Translations under genes and position numbers: made by a program
The notes under the pieces: generated by a model
The model's database searches: none
What the model saw: the letters and a program-made list of their open reading frames with translations, nothing else
Told to the model about the DNA's origin: nothing
NCBI GenBank assembly: GCA_037447605.1
Contig: CM074812.1
Location: 1,550,001-1,614,000, forward strand
Direction of reading: 5' to 3'
DNA: 64,000 nt
Source: Zygnema circumcarinatum SAG 698-1b
Lineage: Eukaryota > Plantae > Zygnematophyceae
In this document: piece by piece, positions 11,033 to 32,882 of the stretch
Numbering within the stretch: position 1 is the first letter of the stretch
Layout of the letters: each line of letters starts with the position of its first letter

Positions 11033-13671
11033 CCCTCCCTACTTTCCCCCCTCCCCGGGGACACGACACGTGGCGCCTCTCAGAAAAACGACACGTGGCG
11101 CCACGAGAGTGGAACACGTGGCACCAGTACGCCGCCCCCCCCAACTCCGCAACGGCTCATAGATTCCTGAGAGAGGACTTTGGTAGTCAGTCAACTCGTT
11201 CCATGTGACGGGGAATGTTGGATCTATTGGCCATTACCGTTATTGTCACCGTTAAGTTCCGACAAGGAAAGGCTAAGTGGGAATTGAGAGAGTCGACGTC
11301 TAGTCGTTCCATGCAGCAAAATACATCGGACCAACTCCAGTTCCAGCGCTGTGTTACTGGTCACGTTAAGCGGTAACTTGGAAACCGAGATCTGGGTCCT
11401 ACCGTTCCATGAAGCTAAATGTACGAGAGTTAGTTCTCGTTTTACAACGATTCGATCAGTAAAGCGGTAACTGGGAGCCATGTACCGCAGGTGATTCGGA
11501 TAGAGTTGACGCTGGGCATCTTCAGTGAACTGGCAACAGCTGTCCATGGTCGGTCACAGATCCGCTCTCCAGATACGCAGAATCTCTACGATTCGAGACA
11601 GATTCTGTCAGAGTTCGTACATCCCCAGTCTCAAAGAAAAGATTGTTTGTACAAAATGTCGGTGGCCGACACATTCGGGACGTAAGAATGTGTACCTTGT
11701 TGCCACGTGTAACATTTTGATTCGTTGTGCTGGCGCTGAGTAGGACCCATATCCCTAGGCCCCGATCCATCCACTAAACGACATAAAGGCCATGCCATGT
11801 CGGCCACTGGGTGCCGACTCATGATGCCATGCGTGATGGCACCCATGCATGTGTACGGCCCCACTTGGCCCACCCATGGAAGCGTCCGGGTTTTGGTCGC
11901 ACGTATGAGGCCAGCTCAGCTGCCCTCAGGCCCATGCAGTCGAGCCGAGCGTTTGACCTTTCACGTCATCCTGAAACGGCAAAAAGTGGACCCTTAGGCT
12001 GAGCTGTCTTGAGGCGATTCTGGGCCTTTCTCTGTTTGGGAGAATTTCAGATTTAGTTTATTCCACGTGGCGATTCTCCATTCGCAATTGACCGATGTGT
12101 TTATCGCACTTGAGATACGATCACAGGCAGCGGAGATTTGAAGAATCAGTCATATAGGATATCAAGATTCCAACCGAATATTTTGAGATTCTTCCGCTCT
12201 CATGGGAAGCAATCAACGGCATCCCGACTAATCATTTCGAGCACTCGACTCGATTTCAGATTGCGTATGATTAGTACCTGACGTGGAACGAAATCTCACC
12301 CACCAAATAAGATAATTTCAAAGTGGATCCGTGAAGCGGCGTTAACCTTCCCTCCAGATCTGGTTGGATGACGTCAAGGTGTACGGAGCCTCCGCCGTCA
12401 ACAGCCGTGCGAGCCGAATCCCGCAAGTCGGCACCGACCTCCGAGTCTTCCCCAAATCTGGCCACAGGTTCCCGCACGCCCACCGCACGCCACGTGTCCC
12501 GAAGGCTCCCTCGCCCGCCCAGGAGCGCCCGCTTCCCGACGCGTCCCTAATAAAGTTCCGAGGGGCCCACTCTCTGTTTTTTTCATTACCGACAGGTCAC
12601 TGCCGCTCCGTTTTTGTACTTTTTATCACCGACATTGTACGAATTTCTTGTCTTTTATGCCCGTTTCTCCCATATTCGTACATAAACGGCCGACAATGTA
12701 CAAATAATCTGTCGTTTTGCGCATCAGCTTCAGTCAACCTCTTTGCCGCCCTTACGGCCTCGAGCGACCCAAAGCGGTTCAGAGCGATACTTCACGTCGG
12801 CGGTGGCGTCCGTACTGAAGATACCGCCGTCCTCTGCCATCCTTTTGCCGTCCTTCTGAGGCTGCCGACCGTCCGCAGACGTCAGTCTACGCTCGTTGGG
12901 GGGTCCTCCGGTCAAGAACTGTCCGTACCCCGTCCTCCCTTCTCATTTACTCCCTAAGAGGCGAGCGTTACAAACGTCCCTCAGCGTCCGTCGAGGTCGT
13001 TACTCTTGAAGTACACGTTCCGTACGGGGTTCCGTACGCTCCGCAAGCGTCCACCGACCGTCCTCGCGCCCCTCGAGCCCTCGCCGGTGCCGTCGGCGCG
13101 TGGCATGTGTCGGACTCCAAAACGTCCGCCGGTAACTATTACTCTATCCATTCGTGTCCTCGATTGCAACTGAAAACGTCCGCCAGTTGAGTTACGTTGA
13201 GTATCCGCAATCTGAAGCGTCCAAAGTTTGGACCAAGCGGGCGCCTGAAAGCGAAGGCCATGGCTGCCGGAGGAGGCGTCTTCAGGCCGGCAATGACGGA
13301 GGCTTTTTTAGGGTTTTGCTGCATGAACATTGGAGATTGTAGAGTTTAGGGTTAGGATTTAGGGCTTATCGTGAGCGACTCAGTGCATTGGAAAGGTAAG
13401 CGTTTGTGTCCTTCATGTGGACTCTTTTTTTTAATCAACGAAAGGTATGTTGTTGGTTTCAGTTTTGTGGTACGTCTAATTCTTCGGAGATTGTGGGAAA
13501 AAATGAAATTAATAATGGTCGGTTTGCGAGAACAGTTTTAATAGGACGAATTTGTGGAGATTTGGATCATGAAAACGTGACAGCTATCATGCAGATTGTC
13601 ATGGCATGGCTTGATGCTGCCACAACAGCATGCCTTCATCTCGCTATCTCTCTTTCTCTCTCTCTCTCTCC

Positions 13672-13703
<32 letters not shown>

Positions 13704-16700
13704 TTCTATCCTTATCTCTCTCTCTATCTCTCTCTTTTATTCAAACTTCCATTAATCATCTGCCCTTTCCCCTCGCTCGCTTTCTCCCTGCCATCATCTT
13801 CCTCTTCCTTTTGGCCTGCTTCGCCCCCTCTCTATCTCTCCCCTTTCGTTCCCTCTCTCCTCTCCCTCTCCCTCTCCCATCTCTCTCCTTCGCTCCCCCC
13901 GCCTCTCTGCCTTTCGTTCCCCTCCAGCTCTTGCTCTCCCTCTTCCTTCTTTAGTCACCTGCTCTCCTTTTAATTTTTCTTTCCACATTCTCTCATTTTT
14001 CCTTGTCTCTCCCTCTCTGGCTCTCTCATGTTTAGCTCTGTCTTCCCCTCATTCTTCGGCTTTCCTCTCCCTCTCCCTTGTTTCTGTTCTATCACTCTGG
14101 CTCTCTCTCTCTGGCTCTGTTTCCATCTTTCGCTCTCTCCTTCCCTTCTCTTCCCTCTCTCCCTCTCTGCCCATCACCCCTTCAACCTCCCTCTCCTCCT
14201 TTCCCTATTATCTCTCGCGGTCTGCTCCTCTCTTTCCCCAAATGCTGGGAAGGAAAGCTCCTAGTAACTGATATAAGTGATGTTTTTTTTCTTATTTAGC
14301 AGCTTTCATACATCTGCAAGGAGACGATGCCCCCCAGTTGGGCAACTCAGCGCGTCACGCCCATGGTCAACTCTCCGTCTGCGGTAGAACACTCTCCCCT
14401 TTCTCTCTCGTCCCTTCCTCCTTCTCTACCCATCTCCCCTTCTTGCTCCTTCTCGCCCTCCACTACCGCCTCTCTCTTTCCCTCCCACTCCCACTGGCAA
14501 GTCTGCCTTTCCTGCAGTAACTCCTTTTTTTCCACTCCTTCGCCCTCTCCCGCTGCTTTACTCTCCTCTCCTCTTCGCTCTCTTGTTCTCGGTCTCTCCC
14601 TTCCTCATCCTTTTCTTCTGCTTCTCCTTCCTCTCCTACTTCATGCTTCACCATGCTATTATTGTTATACTTTGATTACTGTTCTCTGGTCCTTTTGTGT
14701 AGCTCACATGATCAAGCCGGTTTTTCTTTCCGGTTATTTTAAATGAAAGTTAGCGTCCTATGTTCTATACATTCGCATCTATCGTCCCTTTTGGTATCTC
14801 TTTCGCAGGGTTTTCCTCCTTTAAATATTGGTTATTGCGCTTTGGAGAGAAAGTGGAATCGTAGGAAAGAGAAATGAGCTGCATGCTTACGTATTGTGCA
14901 GAGCTCACTGTTTTCTGCAATAAATGTGTTTACGCTTTAGATGTTCTCATCTTGCTTCCTGCAGCTTCGTCGGATTCTGTGAGGGCTGAGAAACGAGTGG
15001 TAATAGTGGTGTTGGGTAGTGGTAGCGGTAGTGATAATGACTAACCGCGGTAGTGTAGTGTTAGCAGTAGTGGTAGTAGTTGTGGCTTCGATAATGGTGT
15101 AGCTGATGCTAGTGGTGGCGGTACTGGGTTTGGTGGCAATGGTGGTGGTAGTAGTCGTCGTCAGTTACTACAAAACCCTTTCTCTGTACTATAGAGGGTA
15201 GAAAGGAGGAGAGAGTGATAGCACAAGTGAATAGAGGAATAGCTAACTTCATAGATAGAGTTTATGCGTAATGCAGAAAAACCATGTACGGCTCCAATCA
15301 GATGCCCTAAGTCATTGAAAGAGTTGGAGTCTAGTGCACAGGAGACTCTGCACTTTGCGGCCTTTCATTATGTTCGTGACAGTGCGAAAGCGGGAAGGTG
15401 GGAGGGGGAAAAGTAAGGGGCGGAAGAGAGGCGTGAAGGAGAGAGAGATGGGGGGAAGAGAGAAGGGAAGGAGTAAGAGATGAGAGGAATAGGGACGGGA
15501 AGGGGGGAGAGAGATGGGCAGAAGAGAGACGGAACAGGAAGAGAGAGATTGGAGGAAGCGAGATAGGAAGGAGAGGGGTGGGGGAAGGAGAGACGGGTAG
15601 GAGAGAGATGGGGGAGTGGAGACGGGAAGGAGTGCGAGAGATGGGAGGAGGAGAGACAGGACGGAGAGAGATCGAGGGAAGAGACGGGAAGGAGAGAGAT
15701 GAGGGAAGAGAGGCGGAGGAAGGAGAGAGATGGGGGGAAGGGAGACGGGAACGAGAGAGAGAAATAGGGGGATGAGAGACAGGAAGGAGAGCGAGTGATG
15801 AGGAGTAGAGAGACGGGAAGGAGAGGGATGGAAGGAAGCGACGGGAAGGAGCGAGATGGGGGACGAGAGACGGGAGGGAGGGGGAGATGGGGGGAAGAGA
15901 GACAGGAACGAGAGAGAGTGATGGGGGAAAGAGAGACAGGAAGGAGAGCGAGTGATGGGGGACGACAGACGAAAATAGAGGGAGAGAAGGGGTGAAGGGA
16001 GACGGGAAGGGGAGAGAGATTTAGGGGGGGAGAGTGACAGGAAGGAGTGAGAGAGATGGGGGAATGAAATACGGGAAGGAGAGCCATTGATGGGGAGACA
16101 AGAGGGGAAGTAGAGAGACAGATGAAGTGCGAGGGGGAGGAGACCACTCGTGGTTTTGTCTTTTGTCTAACGCTTAACGCGCATGCCCGGACCTGTCTGT
16201 CCAGGCTCTCTTCCTGACAGTCTTTTGTGTGTCCATGGGTCCATGGTTTGGAATGGCTCACCGACCTTACACATATACAACTATATATACATGACAGGCA
16301 GGATTATTTATTTACTTATGGGTTTGTTTGTGTATATGTGGGGCTACCAATGGGGCTTTCCATTCATTCTTTATTCTGCCTGAAACGGGGGGCAGGTGTC
16401 AGTTCAGTTGGGAGAAAGGGAGGAGTTTGGCGCTTCATCTTTTGGCAAGTAAGAATTTCCTAACTCCTTTCTGTCTCTTTTGTACTGCGCCTGAATGTGT
16501 CTGTTCTTTTGAGATGATAGAGTACAGTTACGAGGGAGGGAAGGAGGGAGGGGGAAGGAGCGTACAGAATGATCCCTAGCCAGTTTCTTCAATATTGTTG
16601 TAGGAAGCTCTCATTTAAGTTCATGTTCTTGCTCATTTGTTGTCCACTACATGGGCACGGTGTGATGTCATGGTTTTTCTTTCCCTGAGGATGACGCAGA

Positions 16701-16837
16701 TGGGAGAATCTCCTTTTGTCTGAAATGCTAGAATATGTTTGGAATTGGTGAATGTATGAAGGGAATTTGACTGTTTTTTTGGGGACTGCAGGGAGGAACG
16801 TGGTGATCGAGAATTGGAAGCATCTAAAGGGGCCGCC

Positions 16838-26279
<9,442 letters not shown>

Positions 26280-27967
26280 CCAATAGTGGTTTTTGGGTTT
26301 AGGGTTTTAGGGCATAAGGTTTGAGGGTGGAGGGTTTATTGGGGGGTTCGAAGGTAACTGGGCCCTCCTGCAGACCTAAAGGAAGGTTTTTTCGGCCCCT
26401 TGTGTATAGTTTGGAATTAGGGGGGTGACCACGTTTGCAAGGAGAGGCCTTGAAATGAACGGAGTCGAGCCGTCGAGATTTCGTGGTTTCTGCAACACGT
26501 GGAGGTAATACGTTAAAGTTGTTCGTCGGAAAAGGCAGGATTGTTCCATTCTTTATTATTATTATTTTTTTTCTTTCTTTCCAAAAAAGAACGGTACGAG
26601 CTAGAAGTGGTAAATGGAAGGAATCGAGCTGTGGTGTCAAACTGGTTTTTGCGAAAAAAAAAAACTGGTGAAATCGCCTATGATAAGTTCCTGTTTGTTC
26701 GCGGCCAATAAGAGTCATGTTTGATCAATTTTTTGCATAACATTTGGTGTATTTGCGAACCTTATAAATAGAAATACAAGACTCCAGACTTAGAGAGAGA
26801 GATAGAAATCTGAGCTAGATTTTGGGCAGCTAGCTTCTGATAGGCCGCTGAACGCGAACTTTGACCTCATTGGATGTTGAGGCGTCGCTGTGTCTGTATG
26901 ACGGAATGGGCGATGGGAGGATAAGCAGACCTTCCTTAAACCTGGACTCCGTGAGGGTTCAGATTCCTTGTGCTGTCTATTCTTGCTCCATGTGCCGAAA
27001 AACCCTAAACCCAAAAAGATATATGGATTGGTTCATTGCTGTGCGAATGAGGTCACAACCTTTGAGAATGTTGTTTACTTTTGCTTTTGCGCAGAACTCT
27101 GATCACTCGAACAGTTAGTTGGCTACGACTGCCTCACAATACCGCCTCACCTGACCTTCTATTCAGCAGCCCCCAAGACGGAAGAAATTTGTACTGATTT
27201 TGAATTCAAGCACCCTTCATTTCGTGCTGTCGCTGTTGTTGAACATGCACCTTTCATGGCATCATTCATTTCATGGCCCCGCGGAGGCCGATGTGTGCCA
27301 ATCAATTCTTCTTCACAAATTCTTGGTCTCCAGTCAAAAAGACTCGTTCCACGCGTCCAATCAAAATGGGTCGATGGAATTTTCCATGTAACCCGACCAA
27401 AAAATCAACGGGACTGATCGACATAGAGCCTGCCTCTGTACAATCCGACCGTGTAAACCTGTGCTCGGCTTTCGTCTCCTGCGATGACGACAAAAATGCA
27501 AAAGTCCAGCGAGCTATAATTCGTCGTTTTTGGCACCTAGACCGTTCGTACATGTCCTTTTTTGTCCGCACGTTCGGCCCCGAAGTTTAGAAAGTAACGA
27601 CTGTACGAACGGCCGACAGCACACTGCCAGGTGTCGCCAAGAGATGCGCCAAAGCCGACCTCAGGTGACACGTGGCAATAACTGAATATATCCGTACAAG
27701 AAACCGTCGCTTGCGCTCTAAATAAGTGAGGATGGGACAAAATAGTAGCGTCAGCATAATCAGCTAGCCGACAAAAACGAATACATGGTTCGGAGAAATT
27801 TATGGTTTGACGAACTGGACGTGAAAACAAACGTATTTAAGACGGGCTGCGAAAATTTGGATTCGGATCGCGAATTTGGATCTGGCAATATCGGATATTT
27901 TGGGGAGCCGAAAATCTCGCGCGCGGAAAAACCCGCGATAAATGAACTGATGGTTGGATTCTGGGTC

Positions 27968-28077
27968 AAAAACCCTAACCCTAAACCGAACACTAACCCT
28001 TAAACGCTAAACCCAAACCCTCAAAAGCCTAAACCCTAACGCTAAACCTACACCCTACGACCCTAAACCCTGAAACC
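27968..28077. repeat. Degenerate telomere-like (AAACCCT/AACCCT) intergenic tract
   Basis: Repeated AAACCCTAA, ACCCTA and AAACGCTA variants. Confidence 0.8.
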
Positions 28078-29995
28078 ATAAAAAACCATGAGAGTATCGT
28101 TACAACAGAACAAGAAACATTTCCAAATCACATTTCGTCACGTGGACAAATGGTTGACGTGTCACACTCCTATTGGTTTGGTACTTTCAGAGGTCAATAA
28201 ATCCCACCCCGACTTCCCACAAAACCACCAGAAACCGGAATCCCAATCGCCACAAAACCGAAATTCTTTACAAATCCCGTTAACCGTTCCAATCAGAGCT
28301 CTCCACGTGAGCATTTTTCCTTCAAGGTGTTCCTCCATTGGCCAACCCAAACCCTATTTTTTTTTGGAAATCTGTTTTCGCCCGCTATTTCAATTCCACG
28401 TTCGAAAAAAGACGAAGATCATTTAATGAGTCGCTGCCAAGAGTCAAGTGGACCCCGTCCCACCGACCCGACTTAGACTTGACCCATCTTGACCCGCCTC
28501 GACTGCCGCCCGGCCACGTCCCCTTGTGTCCGATCTGCCCAGCAGACAAAGCAGCGGCCTTGGGGCCGCCCAGCTGTCTTTCTATTGTCCGTACAGGCCA
28601 GGCCTCCCGCCGAGGCGGTCCACGTCTGACCGCGCCCGGGCCGACAGTCCGCCTCCTTTTCCGGTCCATCCGTACACCTATTCGTACACAAACCGTCCGA
28701 TCTGCAACGGATTCTGCCTCCATCGGGCGCGGTTCCTCGGGAACCGGGACGCCGCAGGTCGTACGAACACACGTGCCACGTGGCAGTAGTCGTACGGACA
28801 CGCAAGAAGGGATTCGACTGGTTGCGTGACCGGTTCCTCCGGGTGGCCCTTCGTACGGCACTGTATAAAACTGTACGAATATGTACGGAGCAGCGGGGCC
28901 TCCGGGAGTTTCGGAGCGGCGCGCCGTACAGCACGAGGCAGGGGGGGGGTCGGTGCGGAACTGTGCGTGGGAGGAAGGGAGAGAGGGAGAGGGGGAGAGT
29001 GCGGGAGAGTGGAGAGGGGGAGGGCGAGGGAGAGGGTGCGGGAGCGGGAGTGGGAGCGGGAGAGGGAGTGGGAGTGGGAGGGAGAGGGAGAGGGAGGAAG
29101 TGGCGGGGAAGGAGGGGAGGGGAGGGGAGGGAGGGAAAGGGAGGGAAAGGGAGGGGAAGGGAGGGGAAGGGAGGGGAGGGGAGGGAGGGGAGGGAGGGGA
29201 GAGAGGGGAGGGAGAGGGAGTGGGTGNNNNNNNNNNTGAGGGAGAGGGCGAAGGAGAGGGAGAGGGAGAGAGTTAGGGAGAAGGAGAGGGTGAGGGAGAG
29301 AGAAAGGGAGAGGGAGCGGGTGAGGGAGAGGGAGAAGGAGCGGGTGAGGGAGAGGGAGAGGGAGCGGGAGAAGGAGAGGGTGAGGGAGAGGGTGAGGGAG
29401 AGGGAAAGGGAGAAGATGAGGGAGAGGGAGAGGGAGAGGGTGAGGAAGAGGGTGAAGAAGAGGGAGAGGGAGAGGGAGAAGAAGAGGGAGAGGGAGACGG
29501 AGAGGGACTCTAGACAAACATGTCTCACTCTCATCGACCCCCCACTAACTGAACAGCACCCACCAACCTTTCCTAAAGGACTAAAATAAGAAAGAAAAAT
29601 TAAAATGACAAAAATAATATCTTTTTGCTTCTCGTCTCCCTCCTCTTCACTAGCAACTCTTCTTTCCTATTGGTGGAGATTATTATTTTTTTTTGACTTT
29701 TTTGTAGATTTTTTTCCCTGTTAGGGAGTAGGTCAAAAAGTATGTGCTTCATTGGGCTTGGGCCCAATGCTCCATGTGAAAGAAAAGTGGCGTTAAATAG
29801 TTGAACTGTGTGTCTGACTGAATAGCGCCACATGGAACAGTTCGGGTAGAGTGAGGGTCGAGATTTTTAGGGTTTTATTTTTTTCATGTTAGAACCTTCG
29901 CAAAGGACAAAGTCAACGGCTACTTGGTGTAGTTGACTTGTTTCCATGCATCGAACTGGGTTCGGAGAGATGAAGGGAGGGGGAGGTGGATGCAC

Positions 29996-30043
<48 letters not shown>

Positions 30044-30141
30044 CGCGAGAGGAGAGAGAGAGTGAGGGGAGAGAGAGATCTTACTGTGGCTCTTATTTGG
30101 GGTGTGGCAGTTCGCGAAACGCGATTCCTTGCAAGCCTTTG

Positions 30142-31463
30142 ATGCATTTGACAAGCTTCGAACAGACGGACTCAAAGAGGTGCGATCTCTCTCTCCCTCT
30201 CCCTCTCCCTCTCCCTCTCCCTCTCTCTCTCCCTCTCCCTCTCTCTCTCCCTCTCCTCTCCCTCTCCCTCTCCCTCCCCCTATCTGCTCTATCCGCCACT
30301 CCTTCTAGCAGTCTCTCCCTCTCTCTCTCCTCCTCTACCAAGACACCCATATCTAACCTTCCTCTCCTCCCACTTTCCCAGTCTTTCTCCGATTTTTTTT
30401 TGCAAACCAATGTGGAGTCTCTCTCTCCTTCTGTCTTTTCCCTTCTCTTCTTCCTCAGTACTCTCTCTCGCACTCTCTCTCCGCTTTCGCTTCCTCTCTC
30501 TCTCCTGCTCTCTTGCCCCCTCCTCCAACCTTCACCCTCTCATTGTTCTCCCATCAGCTCCTCATTCTCTCTCATTCCCCATTTTATTTACTCTTCAAAA
30601 TCTTCTTTGTTCTAGTTCTTGCGCCTCCTCTCTCGCCTCTCGCACTCTCTCCATCCTTTTTCCTCTCCCCTCTCTTCTCCCACCCTCTGTTCTATCTCTC
30701 CCCTTCGCCTCCCTCTCCCTTGCTCTCTCTCTCTCCCTGTCTTGCGCCCCCCTCCCCCTCCCTACATCCATTCTGGCATTCCGGAAGGTAGTAGAGCACC
30801 GATCCTTCCCATTTCTCTCCTAATCCTCATTACTCTCCCTCTTCATCCGCCCTCTTCCTCTACTACTCTCTCCCTTCACCTGCTCCCCTCCCTCTCCACA
30901 CCCCCCCCTCTCCCCTCCAGTGTCTCTCTCTCTCCCCCTCCCGCCCCCCGTCTGCCTCTCCCTTCCTCCCCCTCCCCCCCTCTCCCTCTCGCGCTAACTT
31001 CCTCTCTCACACACCCTCAGAGTCAACCATAGTCTGAACATGGCCTTGCTTTGGACCCCTTTCTATGCGCAGCACAAAAGGTGACACGGAACTACTGATG
31101 GAAGAAACGGCCAACATAGAACAGCTCCTTGAGGTGCGCAGTTCAGTTCAGTTTGACTGACAGTCTCTCAAAAACACTGAAGACATGGAAATGGGGTCCG
31201 ATTTCGTCGTAATCAAACACCTTCTTTAGAGACTTTCCAATGCGAATGTAGTGTGTAAATCTGTACAGGTTTCAGGTTGTTTTGGATTTTACAATGCTTT
31301 AGGTTTCCTGCTTTTCAATGGTATGGAGTTGGGGGGGTTGTAATTGTGAATAACAGTACTGATTGCGTGGATGGTTTGCAGGAGAGGAAGGTCTGCTCAG
31401 TGGAGGGAGTGAGCAGATCCGCAGAGTATACTGCCTCCCTCGCCTCTCTCACTCTCGAGGTGA

Positions 31464-31511
<48 letters not shown>

Positions 31512-32836
31512 TTGGTGGGTTTTGAGGCGGGGGGGTGGGGAGAGGGGGAGGGAGAAGAGGGAGAGCACAGAAGGTAGAGAAAGAGGGAGGAAGGAGAAGG
31601 TGGGATACAGAAGGGAGGGAAGGAGGGGAGGGCGAGAAGGAGTAGGTGGGAGGAGACAGAAGGGAGGAAGGAAGGGAGGGAGGGAGGGAGGGAGGGAGGG
31701 AGAGAGGGAGGGAGGGAGGGAGGGGGAGGAGGAGAGGGAGGTGGCCGGGGAGAGGAGAAGGGGTGTTTTTTTTTTTCCGTATTGGAGTAACACTCACCTT
31801 TACTTCTTCTGCTTGCACAGGTAGAAAATTTGGAGAGGATGTTAGAGTCAATGACGTCACCTGACAGTGCAAATGAAAGCCCTCGAGCTTTTGCTGAGGT
31901 CAGCTCTCCCACATACCCTTTCGGCTGTTGGGAAATCTCAGCAATTAGTTGGACCAAAATTCAGAGGTTTGGAATTCAAAAATGTTGGAAGTTTCTGCAG
32001 CTTTTAGGATTTCTGGGCTCAAGAAAAGTTTGAGAATTGAAGGTTGAAGTTCTGAAGAAAAAAGAGTCTAAAAAAACGATTTTTTTGGTCAACAAAATTA
32101 TACTAAGCTTCAACATTTCCTTGTTTGATCGATGCTCGCCCAATTTCTATGGTGCAGGAAACGGTCCCCTCCGTTAACGGAACGGAACTGAGCATGGAAC
32201 CAGACGGCGTGCATCTGAAGCATCTGGAGGGCGATGTAGCGTGGCTACAGTCGGAGCTCGGCGCGCTACAGCAGCACCTTCACCTGTTGGGAAATCCGCC
32301 AAATTTACGGAACGGCGCCACACGGAACAGCCTGAGCCGGAGCAGCAGCCGGCGCTGGTTCTCAAAGCCGACCTCCGCCGGAGGGGGCCCCGAGAGGCTC
32401 GAGGTGCTCGACTCGCTCAGGTGGGAACAGGGAACAGGGAGGGGCGGGCCCATCGTGGGGGGGTTTAGGGTTTAGGGGTTAGGGGTTAGGGGTTAGGGGT
32501 TAGGGTTTAGGGTTTAGGGTTTAGGGGTTAGGGTTTAGGGTTTAGGGTTTAGGGTTTAGGGTTCAGGTTTTAGGGGTTAGGGTTAGGGTTAGGGTTCGGG
32601 GTTTAGGGTATGGGAGTTAGGCTTTGGGTTTCGGTTTTTTGGGATCTTGGGATGAGGGGTCCTGGTTGGCTGGTTTTGGGTTGTATGGTTTAGGGTAAGG
32701 GTTTGGGGTTTTGGAGTTTGACTTGTTTTTCTTTGGACTGTGTGGGAGGGCAGACAGCAGCTGCAGGAGGAGATGGACTGCACCCACGAGATTCGGGAGC
32801 TTCAGAGACAGCACAATGATAAGGTCTCTCTCTCTC

Positions 32837-32882
<46 letters not shown>

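Larger units (their letters stand above)
7313..11526. repeat. Near-identical tandem direct duplication (7313-9413 and 9424-11526) separated by a 10-N gap
   Basis: Offset is 2111 bp, changing to 2113 after a 2-bp indel (CTGAAAATATAGTT near 8270 versus CTGAAAATATGTAGTT near 10385). Paired ORF-track translations are identical outside that indel. Confidence 0.95.

Noticed and set aside
12364-12957. 197-aa intergenic ORF
   Set aside because: No recognisable domain, no ATG at the annotated start, and no supporting splice structure.
27105-27418. Roughly 100-codon open stretch between the DUF547 paralogs
   Set aside because: No start or in-phase splice partner found and no recognisable motif; a homology search would be needed to revive it.
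28473-29589. Several 270-350-aa ORFs upstream of DUF547-B
   Set aside because: Dominated by (GAGAGG)n-type repeats and interrupted by an N gap.
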